From a virus (taxonomy: Duplodnaviria; Heunggongvirae; Uroviricota; Caudoviricetes), in the IMG/VR virus record IMGVR_UViG_2563366825_000016: a stretch of 35,712 nucleotides of DNA; one strand, given 5' to 3'. The notes below the pieces were generated by a model. The model saw only the letters and a program-made list of their open reading frames with translations. It searched no databases and was not told where the DNA came from. Below are positions 8,343-17,528 of the stretch, in pieces. The translations under genes were made by a program, and so were the position numbers. Each line of letters starts with the position of its first letter. The first letter of the stretch is position 1.

Positions 8343-9272
8343 ATGGCAAACACTGCTGAGATATTCAATTTTCCAGTGCCGGATGCGGCACAAAAGGAGC
8401 CGCGCGTGGCAGATCTCGATGATGGTTATACGCGCATTGCAAATGAGTTGCTGGAAGCTGTGATGCTGGCCGGATTAACACAGCACCAGCTTCTGGTCTT
8501 CCTGGCTGTCATGCGCAAAACATATGGCTTTAATAAAAAACTGGATTGGGTGAGCAACGAGCAACTGTCCGAATTGACCGGGATATTGCCGCACAAGTGT
8601 TCTGCTGCAAAAAGTGTTCTGGTAAAGCGTGGGATTTTGATTCAGAGCGGGCGGAATATCGGTATTAATAATGTGGTCAGTGAATGGGCAACATTACCCG
8701 AATCAGGTAAGAAAAATAAAGTTTACCTGAAAGAGGTAAATTTACCTGAATCAGGTAAGAAAAGTTTACCCAAATCAGGTAAAGGCGTTTACCCGAATCA
8801 GGTAAACACAAAAGACAAACTAACAAAAGACAATATAAAACCTTTTTCGTCCGAGAATTCTGGCGAATCCTCTGACCAACCAGAAAACGATCTTCCTGTG
8901 GTGAAACCAGATGCTGCAATTCAGAGCGGCAGCAAGTGGGGGACAGCAGAAGACCTGACCGCCGCAGAGTGGATGTTTGACATGGTGAAGACCATCGCGC
9001 CCTCAGCCAGAAAACCGAATTTTGCAGGGTGGGCTAACGATATCCGCCTGATGCGTGAACGTGACGGACGTAACCACCGCGACATGTGCGTGCTGTTCCG
9101 CTGGGCATGCCAGGACAACTTCTGGTCCGGTAACGTGCTGAGTCCGGCCAAACTCCGCGACAAGTGGACCCAGCTCGAAATCAACCGAAACAAGCAACAG
9201 GCTGGCGTGACAGCCGGCAAACCAAAACTCGACCTGACGAACACTGACTGGATTTACGGGGTGGATTTATGA
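8343..9272 (+). CDS. O: Replication initiator O (lambda O-like), start placed at MANTAEIFNF
   Basis: N-terminal region ...RVADLDDGYTRIANELLEAV...RKTYGFNK...ISEW resembles lambda O N-terminal domain; contains the ori iterons internally; GGAGG upstream of ATG at 8343. Confidence 0.85.
   Translation: MANTAEIFNFPVPDAAQKEPRVADLDDGYTRIANELLEAVMLAGLTQHQLLVFLAVMRKTYGFNKKLDWVSNEQLSELTGILPHKCSAAKSVLVKRGILIQSGRNIGINNVVSEWATLPESGKKNKVYLKEVNLPESGKKSLPKSGKGVYPNQVNTKDKLTKDNIKPFSSENSGESSDQPENDLPVVKPDAAIQSGSKWGTAEDLTAAEWMFDMVKTIAPSARKPNFAGWANDIRLMRERDGRNHRDMCVLFRWACQDNFWSGNVLSPAKLRDKWTQLEINRNKQQAGVTAGKPKLDLTNTDWIYGVDL
8695..8842. repeat. Origin of replication: four to five 18-19 bp iterons plus an AT-rich segment inside O
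   Basis: Direct repeats T(T)TACCCGAATCAGGTAA(G/A) at about 8695-8712, 8741-8759, 8765-8783, 8788-8806, plus a degenerate copy at 8722-8740, followed by the A/T-rich stretch CACAAAAGACAAACTAACAAAAGACAATATAAAACC. Confidence 0.8.
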
Positions 9273-9970
9273 AAAACATCGCCGCACAGATGATTAACTT
9301 TGACCGTGAGCAGATGCGTCGGATCGCCAACAACATGCCGGAACAGTACGACGAAAAGCCGCAGGTACAGCAGGTAGCGCAGATCATCAACGGTGTATTC
9401 AGCCAGTTGCTGGCAACTTTCCCTGCGAGCCTGGCTAACCGTGACCAGAACGAACTGAACGAAATTCGCCGCCAGTGGGTTCTGGCTTTCCGGGAAAACG
9501 GGATCACCACAATGGAACAGGTTAACGCTGGAATGCGCGTAGCCCGTCGGCAGAATCGACCATTCCTGCCATCACCCGGGCAGTTTGTCGCCTGGTGCCG
9601 GGAAGAAGCATCCGTTACCGCCGGGCTGCCAAACGCCAGCGAGCTGGTTGATATGGTTTACGAGTATTGCCGGAAGCGCGGGCTGTATCCGGATGCAGAG
9701 TCTTATCCGTGGAAATCAAACGCGCACTACTGGCTGGTTACCAACCTGTATCAGAACATGCGGGCCAATGCGTTGACTGACTCGGAATTACGGCGCAAGG
9801 CTGCCGATGAACTTGCCCATATGACTGCGAGAATTAACCGTGGTGAGGCTATACCTGAACCAGTAAAACAACTTCCTGTCATGGGCGGTAGACCTCTAAA
9901 TCGTGCACAGGCTCTGACGAAGATTGCAGAAATCAAAGCTAAGTTCGGACTGAAAGGAGCCAGTGTATGA
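9269..9970 (+). CDS. P: Replication protein P (helicase loader), 233 aa
   Basis: Length and sequence (MKNIAAQMINFDREQMRRIANNMPEQYDEKPQ...) match my recollection of lambda P; 4-bp overlap with O. Confidence 0.93.
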   Translation: MKNIAAQMINFDREQMRRIANNMPEQYDEKPQVQQVAQIINGVFSQLLATFPASLANRDQNELNEIRRQWVLAFRENGITTMEQVNAGMRVARRQNRPFLPSPGQFVAWCREEASVTAGLPNASELVDMVYEYCRKRGLYPDAESYPWKSNAHYWLVTNLYQNMRANALTDSELRRKAADELAHMTARINRGEAIPEPVKQLPVMGGRPLNRAQALTKIAEIKAKFGLKGASV

Positions 9971-10260
9971 CGGGAAAAGAAGCAATTATTCATTACCTGG
10001 GGACGCATAAGAGCTTCTGTGCGCAGGACGTTGCTGCGGTAACAGGCGCAACAGTAACCAGCATAAATCAGGCTGCGGCTAAAATGGCGCGGACAGGAAT
10101 CTTAGTTATTGATGGTAAGGTCTGGCGAACGGTGTATTACCGGTTCGCTACCAGGGAAGAACGGGAAGGAAAGGTGAGCACGAATCTGATTTTCAAGGAG
10201 TGTCGCCAGAGTGCCGCGATGAAGCGGGTGTTGGCATTTTATCGCGGCAATTTTCAATAG
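9967..10260 (+). CDS. ren: Ren exclusion protein, 97 aa
   Basis: MTGKEAIIHYLGTHKSFCAQDVAAVTGATVTSINQAAAKMARTGILVIDGKVWRTVYYRFATREEREGK... matches lambda Ren; overlaps the P stop. Confidence 0.9.
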   Translation: MTGKEAIIHYLGTHKSFCAQDVAAVTGATVTSINQAAAKMARTGILVIDGKVWRTVYYRFATREEREGKVSTNLIFKECRQSAAMKRVLAFYRGNFQ

Positions 10261-10297
10261 ACTATGTACATAAAAATATCATTTTTTTAATACATGT

Positions 10298-10489
10298 CTA
10301 ATTATTGGACGAAATTGGTTTTTGCTTTGGTTTAGTTAGCCTAGCAATCAAGCCAGAGGCAATAATGATGATCCAAGCAATTTGATGCAATGCTACTCCA
10401 ATATAAGAACCTTTATAGATAATAAAGGCATAGATCGCTAGAAACGAAATAAATATCCATAACGAAAGTTGATAAATTTTGGCGCGCAT
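10298..10489 (-). CDS. Small hydrophobic (2-TM) membrane protein, about 63 aa
   Basis: ORF with two hydrophobic stretches (LSLWIFISFLAIYAFIIY; IAWIIIIASGLIA); in an AT-rich segment; weak RBS; start at the ATG at 10489 rather than the track TTG. Confidence 0.4.
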   Translation of the reverse strand: MRAKIYQLSLWIFISFLAIYAFIIYKGSYIGVALHQIAWIIIIASGLIARLTKPKQKPISSNN

Positions 10490-10745
10490 ATTTAATCCAA
10501 TCAATCAGAAAGACGAGTAATCATAGAGGTACTATCACCCGGGTAACTATTGCTATTATGAACGGATAGGATAGAGGCTTCAATAACATATGCATCAAGT
10601 ATGATGGAATATGTAGGTGAAAATGACTTGTGTCAAATTTGTGGAAATGAGTACCATGTTTCTCTGAAATTGATGTCGTTAATGGCTAGTGATAGTGAAC
10701 TTTTTTACTTTATAATTCCTTTGGTTATAACAATAAGGTAAATTT

Positions 10746-11306
10746 ATGAAGAAGATAATATTATTAGCCATGATTATTGGTTCTTTAACAGGTTGCGCTA
10801 GTGTGCCACCATTGAATTTTTCAACACCTAACGTGGGAGTTAGCCAGAAAAAAATAGATGCTGAAATTAAGTCATTAACGGTATCACTTGCTCGTCCAGA
10901 TGAGCAGAAAGGGGATATCACTGCTGGTATGGAGGCTATAACTCCAATTTGGCGTGAATCTTTGCAGGAAGCACTCGACCGAATGACTATTTTTCGTGAT
11001 AGTTCACCAAATACGGTTAGCTTAAATGTTAAAGTGTTGGCTCTTGACGTTCCTGCTTTTGGTGTTTCAATGACAACTAAAGCAATTGCAAGGTATGAAA
11101 TAATCAACCGTGCGAATGGTGATATTATATATACGCAGGATATTGAGTCTACCGGTACTGTTCCAGCCAGTTACGCATTCTACGGTATTGTTCGAGCACG
11201 CGAATCTGTTAATCGCGCGGTGCAAAACAACATAACGCAGTTCTTGCAAGCATTAGAAAGTGTTGATCTTTCTCGTCCAATGTTTCCTGTTAGGGTAGCT
11301 AAATGA
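10746..11306 (+). CDS. Lipoprotein (186 aa) of unknown function
   Basis: Signal peptide with lipobox LTGC (MKKIILLAMIIGSLTGCAS); AT-rich; no domain recognised. Confidence 0.8.
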   Translation: MKKIILLAMIIGSLTGCASVPPLNFSTPNVGVSQKKIDAEIKSLTVSLARPDEQKGDITAGMEAITPIWRESLQEALDRMTIFRDSSPNTVSLNVKVLALDVPAFGVSMTTKAIARYEIINRANGDIIYTQDIESTGTVPASYAFYGIVRARESVNRAVQNNITQFLQALESVDLSRPMFPVRVAK

Positions 11307-11755
11307 AGCGATTATTCGTAATTGCTCCACTCTTAGTGTTGGTTGGATGCGCACAAAATATATCGCCAAATAGTTATTCTGTTGGCTCTGTGGGCATGGT
11401 TAATCGAACTATCGCTGGTACAGTTATTAGTGCTAGGGGGGTTGATATCAGTGGGACTTCCGCGTTAGGCGGGACTGCTGGGGCTGCCGTGGGGGCAACC
11501 GCTGGTTCTGCGCTTGGTGGGGGAGTTCGTTCTAATATCGTTGGTGCCGTTGGTGGTGCAGTCATTGGTGGTATTGCCGGGGCAGCAATCGAATCTTCAG
11601 CAACAAAACAAACAGGCATGGAATATGTTGTCGAAACTGAGAATGGGAATTTAATGACCATTGTTCAAGGCAAAGATCCGTTATTTACTCAAGGAAGTAA
11701 GGTCCTTGTTTTATACGGAAACCCTTCTCGCATAATAACAGACCCGCGTCACTAA
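11303..11755 (+). CDS. Glycine-zipper outer-membrane-type lipoprotein (150 aa)
   Basis: Lipobox LVGCAQ; long Gly/Ala-rich stretch GTSALGGTAGAAVGATAGSALGGG...GGAVIGGIAGAAI typical of glycine-zipper lipoproteins (SlyB / 17-kDa antigen type); 4-bp overlap with the preceding lipoprotein gene. Confidence 0.8.
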   Translation: MKRLFVIAPLLVLVGCAQNISPNSYSVGSVGMVNRTIAGTVISARGVDISGTSALGGTAGAAVGATAGSALGGGVRSNIVGAVGGAVIGGIAGAAIESSATKQTGMEYVVETENGNLMTIVQGKDPLFTQGSKVLVLYGNPSRIITDPRH

Positions 11756-11945
11756 CATACCTTTTGATTTTGTAAAATCAATTCGTAATAATAAAGTCAT
11801 CGGAGCTTGAACAACTCCGGTGACTTCTGCGCTAAACGGGGACGTTTATGCGCACATACAATCCAAACTCTCTTCTCCCTTCACAGATGCAGAAATGCAC
11901 CTGCGATTTTTTGCATCCAGCGTCTGACCTCTGCGGAGGTGAAGC

Positions 11946-12401
11946 GTGAACCTACCACAAGATGGCATCAAACTGCATCGCGGTAACTTCACCGCTATCG
12001 GCCAGCAGATCCAGCCTTATCTGGAGGACGGAAAATGCTTTCGCATGGTGCTTAAACCGTGGCGTGAGAAACGCAGTCTTTCCCAGAATGCACTCAGCCA
12101 CATGTGGTACAGCGAAATCAGTGAATACCTCATCAGCAGGGGGAAATCGTTCGCTACCGCAGCATGGGTAAAAGATGCTCTCAAACACACATACCTCGGT
12201 TATGAAACCAAGGACCTGGTTGATGTCGTAACCGGCGAAATCACTACTATCCAGTCGTTACGCCATACTTCCGATCTTGATACCGGAGAGATGTATGTCT
12301 TCCTGTGTAAGGTTGAAGCCTGGGCGATGAATATTGGCTGCCACCTGACTATTCCGCAGAGCTGCGAGTTCCAGCTGCTGCGCGACAAGCAGGAGGCGTA
12401 A
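11946..12401 (+). CDS. ybcN: YbcN-like nin-region protein (151 aa), GTG start
   Basis: Sequence matches my recollection of DLP12 YbcN; begins the nin-type gene block. Confidence 0.8.
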   Translation: MNLPQDGIKLHRGNFTAIGQQIQPYLEDGKCFRMVLKPWREKRSLSQNALSHMWYSEISEYLISRGKSFATAAWVKDALKHTYLGYETKDLVDVVTGEITTIQSLRHTSDLDTGEMYVFLCKVEAWAMNIGCHLTIPQSCEFQLLRDKQEA

Positions 12402-12571
12402 TGGCTACACCGCTTATTCGTGTCATGAACGGACACATCTACAGAGTACCAAATCGTCGTAAGCGTAAGCCTGAGCTGAAGCCATCCGAAATACCAACAC
12501 TGCTCGGATATACCGCTAGCCTGGTTGATAAAAAATGGTTGCGACTGGCAGCAAGGAGGAATCATGGCTGA
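12401..12571 (+). CDS. ninE: NinE-like small protein (56 aa)
   Basis: Not on the ORF track (under 60 aa); ATG overlaps the ybcN stop (TAATG); basic motif RRKRKP and C-terminal W..RL..AR resemble lambda NinE. Confidence 0.55.
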   Translation: MATPLIRVMNGHIYRVPNRRKRKPELKPSEIPTLLGYTASLVDKKWLRLAARRNHG

Positions 12572-12854
12572 TTTGAGAAAAGCAGCGCGTGGTCGGGAAT
12601 GCCAGGTAAGAATCACTGGCGTATGTAATGGCAACCCTGAAACGTCTGTACTGGCACATATCCGGCTGGCTGGATTGTGCGGCACCGGTATTAAACCGCC
12701 AGACCTTATTGCCACCATTGCCTGTTCTGCCTGTCACGACGAAATCGACCGCCGCACGCATTTTGTCGATGCTGAGTACGCAAAAGAATGCGCGCTGGAA
12801 GGTATGGCGAGAACGCAGGTTATCTGGCTGAAAGAGGGGGTAATCAAGGCGTGA
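12564..12854 (+). CDS. ybcO: YbcO-like DUF1364 protein (96 aa) with Cys cluster
   Basis: [42 protein letters not shown]...[11 protein letters not shown] matches my recollection of DLP12 YbcO; start at the internal ATG of the track ORF. Confidence 0.85.
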   Translation: MADLRKAARGRECQVRITGVCNGNPETSVLAHIRLAGLCGTGIKPPDLIATIACSACHDEIDRRTHFVDAEYAKECALEGMARTQVIWLKEGVIKA

Positions 12855-13213
12855 ATACTTACCACATCACACTACCCTGGCCTCCGAGCAATAACCGCTA
12901 TTACCGCCATAATCGCGGGCGCACACACATCAGCGCAGAAGGGCAGGCATACCGCGATAACGTCACCCGAATCATTAAAAACGCAATGCTGGATATCGGC
13001 CTGGCTATGCCAGTGAAAATCCGTATTGAGTGCCACATGCCGGATCGCCGTCGCCGTGACCTGGATAATCTGCAAAAGGCCGCTTTTGACGCACTCACCA
13101 AAGCAGGTTTCTGGCTGGATGATGCTCAGGTCGTTGATTACCGCGTTGTGAAGATGCCTGTTACCAAAGGTGGGAGGCTGGAACTGACCATCACCGAAAT
13201 GGGGAATGAATGA
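12851..13213 (+). CDS. rusA: RusA Holliday-junction resolvase (120 aa), GTG start overlapping the ybcO stop
   Basis: [37 protein letters not shown]...[28 protein letters not shown]... matches RusA. Confidence 0.9.
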   Translation: MNTYHITLPWPPSNNRYYRHNRGRTHISAEGQAYRDNVTRIIKNAMLDIGLAMPVKIRIECHMPDRRRRDLDNLQKAAFDALTKAGFWLDDAQVVDYRVVKMPVTKGGRLELTITEMGNE

Positions 13214-13350
13214 TGTTTGAGTCTTATATGGCAGAGCGTCTTCGCCGCCGCTGGGTGCGCCTGCGCTTATATCGTTTTCCTGGTTCTGTTTTGACCGATT
13301 ACCGGATACTGAAGAATTACGCCAAAACCCTGACAGGAGCAGGAGTATGA
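13210..13350 (+). CDS. ylcG: YlcG-like small protein (46 aa)
   Basis: Not on the track (under 60 aa); ATG overlaps the rusA stop; translation [46 protein letters not shown]. Confidence 0.45.
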   Translation: MMFESYMAERLRRRWVRLRLYRFPGSVLTDYRILKNYAKTLTGAGV

Positions 13351-13435
13351 AGTCAGAGATAACAATCAACTAATACTATTTTGTTGATTTTTGCTTGTAA
13401 TTGGCGTTCTGGTCTGATTTTTGTGGAGTAAGTTG

Positions 13436-13819
13436 ATGCGTGATATTCAGATGGTTCTTGAGCGTTGGGGAGCGTGGGCGGCTAATAATCATGAAGATGT
13501 GACCTGGTCGTCCATTGCCGCCGGTTTTAAGGGATTAATTACTTCAAAAGTAAAATCTCGCCCGCAATGTTGTGACGATGACGCGATGATCATTTGCGGG
13601 TGCATGGCCCGTCTGAAAAAGAACAACAGCGATTTGCACGATTTATTAGTAGATTATTATGTAGTCGGTATGACATTCATGTCACTGGCAGGTAAGCATT
13701 GCTGCTCTGATGGTTATATCGGGAAAAGGTTACAGAAGGCTGAGGGTATAATTGAAGGGATGTTAATGGCATTAGATATCCGGTTAGAGATGGATATCGT
13801 TGTTAATAACTCTAATTAA
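13436..13819 (+). CDS. quuD: Late-gene antiterminator Q (QuuD-like, 127 aa)
   Basis: Cys-rich zinc-binding region ([18 protein letters not shown]...) and position upstream of the lysis genes; matches my recollection of DLP12 QuuD; ATG at 13436 preferred over the upstream TTG of the track ORF. Confidence 0.85.
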   Translation: MRDIQMVLERWGAWAANNHEDVTWSSIAAGFKGLITSKVKSRPQCCDDDAMIICGCMARLKKNNSDLHDLLVDYYVVGMTFMSLAGKHCCSDGYIGKRLQKAEGIIEGMLMALDIRLEMDIVVNNSN

Positions 13820-13840
13820 TATGCCAGTTGTTTACTAAAA

Positions 13841-13870
13841 GTTATTAAAAATGGGGCGTTGCAACGCCCC
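13841..13870 (-). terminator. Putative intrinsic terminator for the porin gene
   Basis: Hairpin GGGGCG-TTGCAA-CGCCCC at 13853-13870; on the minus strand it is followed by a U-run (complement of 13841-13852). Confidence 0.4.
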
Positions 13871-13958
13871 CAAAAATAAAGGGTAATATATAACAGAAGG
13901 TTTATATAGTTAGAAGCAAGGTTGTGCTCCTAAAGGAAGTGGCTTGAGGGAGCCACTT

Positions 13959-14000
13959 ATATGTTGGGGAGGCAAAGCCTCCCGCAACATATCTTTTTCG
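13959..14000 (+). terminator. Strong hairpin plus T-tract (plus-strand terminator between Q and the antisense porin gene)
   Basis: About 15-bp stem ATATGTTGGGGAGGC / GCCTCCC(G)CAACATAT with AAA loop, followed by CTTTTT on the plus strand. Confidence 0.45.
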
Positions 14001-14008
14001 TAATCAGA

Positions 14009-15106
14009 TTAGAACTGGTAAACCAGACCTACAGCAACGATGTCATCAGTGCTTACACCGAGTGCTTTAGTGAAGTCATTTTTGTCAAGCAGGTTGATTT
14101 TGTAATCAACGAAAGTAGACATATTTTTGTTGAAGTAATAGGTTGCACCTACATCAACATATTTGACTAAGTCCTGATCGCCCCATACTCCAAGATCCTT
14201 ACCTTTAGATTGCAGGTAAGCAACGGACGGACGCAGACCGAAATCGAACTGATATTGTGCAACAGCTTCGAAGTTTTGAGCTTTATTAGCAACGAAGTGA
14301 TCAGCAAATACAGTCATATTCTGGGTTTCAGAATAGGTAGTGGCCAGGTAAATGTTGTTAGCGTCATATTTCAGACCTGCGGCCCAAACTTCTGCATTTT
14401 TACCGGAAGCAAATACTTCAGGAAGAACTTTCCCTGCATTAACTTGAGTGTCGGTACGATCAGATTTCGCATAAGTTGCACCGATACCGAATCCTTCGTA
14501 TTCATAGGTAGCAGAGAAACCGAAGCCATCACCGTTACCTTCAGTGTAGTGATCGAAATCGCTACGATCGTTTTTGCCTTGGTACTGAGCAGCAAAGTTC
14601 AGACCATCAACCAGACCAAAGAAGTCGTTGTTACGATAGGTTGCAACACCAGTGGTACGACCAGTCATGAACACATCTGTTTGGGTCCAGGTATCGCCAC
14701 CGAATTCTGGCAGAACGTCAGTCCACGCACCGATGTCGTATGCTACACCGTAGTTACGGCCGTAATCGATTGAGCCGTAGTCACCGAATTTCAGGCCTGC
14801 AAATGCAAGACGGGTTTTGTCTTTGGAGGAACCTTGAGATTCAGCGCGGTTGCCTTTGAATTCATATTCCCACTGACCGAAACCAGTCAGCTGATCGTTG
14901 ATTTGGGTTTCACCTTTGAAGCCAAGACGGGCATAAGTAGTATCACCATCATCTGCATCATTAGAGGAGAAGTAGTGCTTAGCATTAACTTTCCCGTACA
15001 GATCCAGCTTGTTACTGTCTTTATTATAAATTTCAGCTGCCTGAGCAGACATCGCCATCAGTACTGATGCAGCTACAGCAGAAATTGCCACTGTTAATTT
15101 TTTCAT
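14009..15106 (-). CDS. nmpC: Outer membrane general porin (NmpC/OmpD-like), 365 aa, intact
   Basis: Signal peptide [29 protein letters not shown], typical porin beta-barrel sequence ending in the C-terminal ...VAVGLVYQF; uninterrupted ORF. Confidence 0.95.
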   Translation of the reverse strand: MKKLTVAISAVAASVLMAMSAQAAEIYNKDSNKLDLYGKVNAKHYFSSNDADDGDTTYARLGFKGETQINDQLTGFGQWEYEFKGNRAESQGSSKDKTRLAFAGLKFGDYGSIDYGRNYGVAYDIGAWTDVLPEFGGDTWTQTDVFMTGRTTGVATYRNNDFFGLVDGLNFAAQYQGKNDRSDFDHYTEGNGDGFGFSATYEYEGFGIGATYAKSDRTDTQVNAGKVLPEVFASGKNAEVWAAGLKYDANNIYLATTYSETQNMTVFADHFVANKAQNFEAVAQYQFDFGLRPSVAYLQSKGKDLGVWGDQDLVKYVDVGATYYFNKNMSTFVDYKINLLDKNDFTKALGVSTDDIVAVGLVYQF

Positions 15107-15534
15107 CGTGAGCCCTTTTTTTTGAACTATTATTAAAAAATGATGTCACTGCGCGATAAATATTCATCTAATCAATGTGATTATTTCAAGATGTAAGTTT
15201 TGGTTTCTCGTTTGATTTGTGAAGTAGATCTCTATTTTTATCTGAACTTTTTTCTATCGAATCCTATTTATAGCTCTTGGCTGAATAAAAATAAATCTAT
15301 TAGCCAATTTATATTAACGGCTGTTATTTATAAGTGCTCTATAATTTGAAGGTTCAATTTAAATCGGCTAAAAATAACACTGGAAATTATTTGTTGGTTA
15401 TTTGTTGAGATTTGCTTATGTATTTGTAGTGGTGTTTTCAATACTCGGTAGCATTCTCGCAAATATCATTTAGTGGTTTACGTACGTAAAAAATTGGTTA
15501 TGCTGTTAAGAGTGGTTACTTCGTCACACAGCTT

Positions 15535-15567
15535 AAACCCGCCGTCGAGCGGGTTTTTCCATTTTTT
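15535..15567 (+). terminator. Putative tR'-like terminator downstream of a late promoter (6S-RNA-type arrangement)
   Basis: Hairpin AAACCCGC-CGTCGA-GCGGGTTT followed by TTTCCATTTTTT, about 110 bp upstream of the holin start; the late promoter itself was not pinned down. Confidence 0.45.
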
Positions 15568-15975
15568 GAGTCTCGATATTAGCTGATAACCCAATACCTG
15601 AGTTATTCACTGACTCCGAGTCTGTTACGTTTCGTAGTATTCCCTCAATTTACACCCGCTTTGTCTGCGAGGTGGGGTTATGAAATCCATGGATAAGTTA
15701 ACAACGGGTGTCGCCTATGGCACCTCAGCAGGTAGTGCCGGGTACTGGTTTTTACAGCTGCTAGATAAAGTCACGCCCTCACTGCGTATTTTCATGAAAG
15801 GAGATCACTCAATAACTTCCATCGAGATCGGGTAATAACATTTGAACAGATCGCTGAATAACATCGATGGAGATCACTTTTGACTCATTTTGTTATTCAG
15901 TGATCTCCATCAATGTTATTGGAACTTCACAGGTGTGTTGATCTGTATCTTTTGCCATTCCGGTAAAGGATACCT

Positions 15976-17517
15976 ATGCCAACAGTTCCAATTTCTATGA
16001 GAAAACTTAAAGAAATTCTTAGGCTTAAATACGGTGTTGGACTCAGCCATCGACAAATTGGTCGTAGTCTTGCAATCTCCCCTTCCGTTGTATCCAGATA
16101 TGCTAATCGGGCGGCTCAACTTGGCATAAAGCAGTGGCCCTTACCTACAGGATGGGATGATACAAAACTAAAACATGCGTTCCTTCAGACCCAGGTTAAG
16201 ATGAAGAAGCACTCTCTGCCTGACTGGGCTACAGTACACCGGGAACTGCGTAATAAATGCGTGACGCTGCAGCTACTCTGGGAAGAATACTGTGAGCGTA
16301 ATCCAGGCGGTTTTTACAGCTATAACCATTACTGCCGGATGTACCGTGAATGGCTCAAAACCACTTCACCATCAATGCGTCAGGTACATAAAGCTGGCGA
16401 AAAACTTTTCGTTGATTACTGTGGACCTACCGTTGGCGTTACCGACCCTGAGACCGGAGAAATAAGAACTGCTCAGGTCATCGTAGCTGTTCTCGGGGCA
16501 TCAAGTTACACATGGGCAGAGGCCACCTGGTCTCAGCAGCTTGAAGACTGGGTGATGAGTCATGTTCGCTGCTTCCAGTGGTTGGGTGGCGTTCCTGAAC
16601 TTGTTGTTCCGGACAATCTGAAAAGCGCCACATCCAGGGCATGTAAGTATGATCCTGACGTTAACCCTACCTACCAGCAGATGCTTGAGCATTATAATGT
16701 CGCAGTTTTGCCTGCGCGGCCACGTAAACCGAAAGATAAAGCCAAAGCTGAAGTTGGCGTTCAGGTTGTTGAACGCTGGATCATGGCCCGAATCAGGCAT
16801 GAGATCTTCTACAGCCTTGCATCGCTTAATCAGCGCATTCGGGAGTTGCTGGAAAGACTGAATAACAAAATAATGCAGAAGTTGGGTTATTCACGTGCAG
16901 AACTCTTCATCCAGCTTGATAAACCCGCACTGAAGCCTCTTCCTGAAGCCAGTTACAGTTACACCCTGGTGAAGAAAGTCAGAGTTCATGCCGATTACCA
17001 CGTGGAAATCGACAAACATTACTACTCGGTTCCATGTTCGCTGTTAGGCCAGCAACTGGAAGCATGGATCTCCGGAGAACTGGTAAGACTCTTCAATCAG
17101 GGGCAGGAGGTTGCTGTGCACCCGCGCAAGCGTACTTATGGCTACAGTACCCGCAACGAGCACATGCCTGAAGCTCATCGACAGCATGCCACCTGGACGC
17201 CAGAGCGTCTTCTGGAATGGGCGGGGCACATAGGCAGTGAAACTCATAGTTATGTGCTTCATATACTGAACTCTCGTCCACATCCGGAACAAAGCTATCG
17301 CTTCTGCCTTGGACTCCTGAACCTTCATAAAAAATACAGTAAAGCCAGACTTAATGCAGCATGTGCAAGAGCTCTGAAAACAAAGGTATGGCGTCTGTCA
17401 GGTATTAAATCGATCCTGGAAAAAGGTCTGGATAAACAACCTGTTCAGGATCCAAAACCAGATCTGTTATCCACGATGGAACACGAAAACGTACGCGGCA
17501 GTGAGTATTACCACTGA
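15976..17517 (+). CDS. istA: IS21-family transposase IstA (513 aa)
   Basis: N-terminal HTH, DDE-type integrase core; AAGGA RBS; gene order istA-istB typical of the IS21 family. Confidence 0.93.
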   Translation: MPTVPISMRKLKEILRLKYGVGLSHRQIGRSLAISPSVVSRYANRAAQLGIKQWPLPTGWDDTKLKHAFLQTQVKMKKHSLPDWATVHRELRNKCVTLQLLWEEYCERNPGGFYSYNHYCRMYREWLKTTSPSMRQVHKAGEKLFVDYCGPTVGVTDPETGEIRTAQVIVAVLGASSYTWAEATWSQQLEDWVMSHVRCFQWLGGVPELVVPDNLKSATSRACKYDPDVNPTYQQMLEHYNVAVLPARPRKPKDKAKAEVGVQVVERWIMARIRHEIFYSLASLNQRIRELLERLNNKIMQKLGYSRAELFIQLDKPALKPLPEASYSYTLVKKVRVHADYHVEIDKHYYSVPCSLLGQQLEAWISGELVRLFNQGQEVAVHPRKRTYGYSTRNEHMPEAHRQHATWTPERLLEWAGHIGSETHSYVLHILNSRPHPEQSYRFCLGLLNLHKKYSKARLNAACARALKTKVWRLSGIKSILEKGLDKQPVQDPKPDLLSTMEHENVRGSEYYH

Positions 17518-17528
17518 TACGGGATCCA

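Noticed and set aside
7848-8368. Minus-strand ORFs (130 and 78 aa) overlapping the cII-position gene and the O 5' region
   Set aside because: Antisense overlap with better-supported genes; Ser/Arg-rich low-complexity translations; no start signals.
8695-8810. Direct repeats that could superficially suggest a CRISPR array
   Set aside because: Repeats are 18-19 bp with very short, unequal spacers, lie inside the O coding sequence and are followed by an AT-rich segment; they are replication-origin iterons, not CRISPR repeats.
12200-12761. Minus-strand ORFs (172 and 81 aa) across ybcN/ninE/ybcO
   Set aside because: Antisense to three tightly coupled plus-strand genes with recognisable products; considered spurious.
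14210-14773. Plus-strand 187-aa ORF inside the porin gene
   Set aside because: Antisense to a complete, signal-peptide-bearing porin ORF; no independent support.
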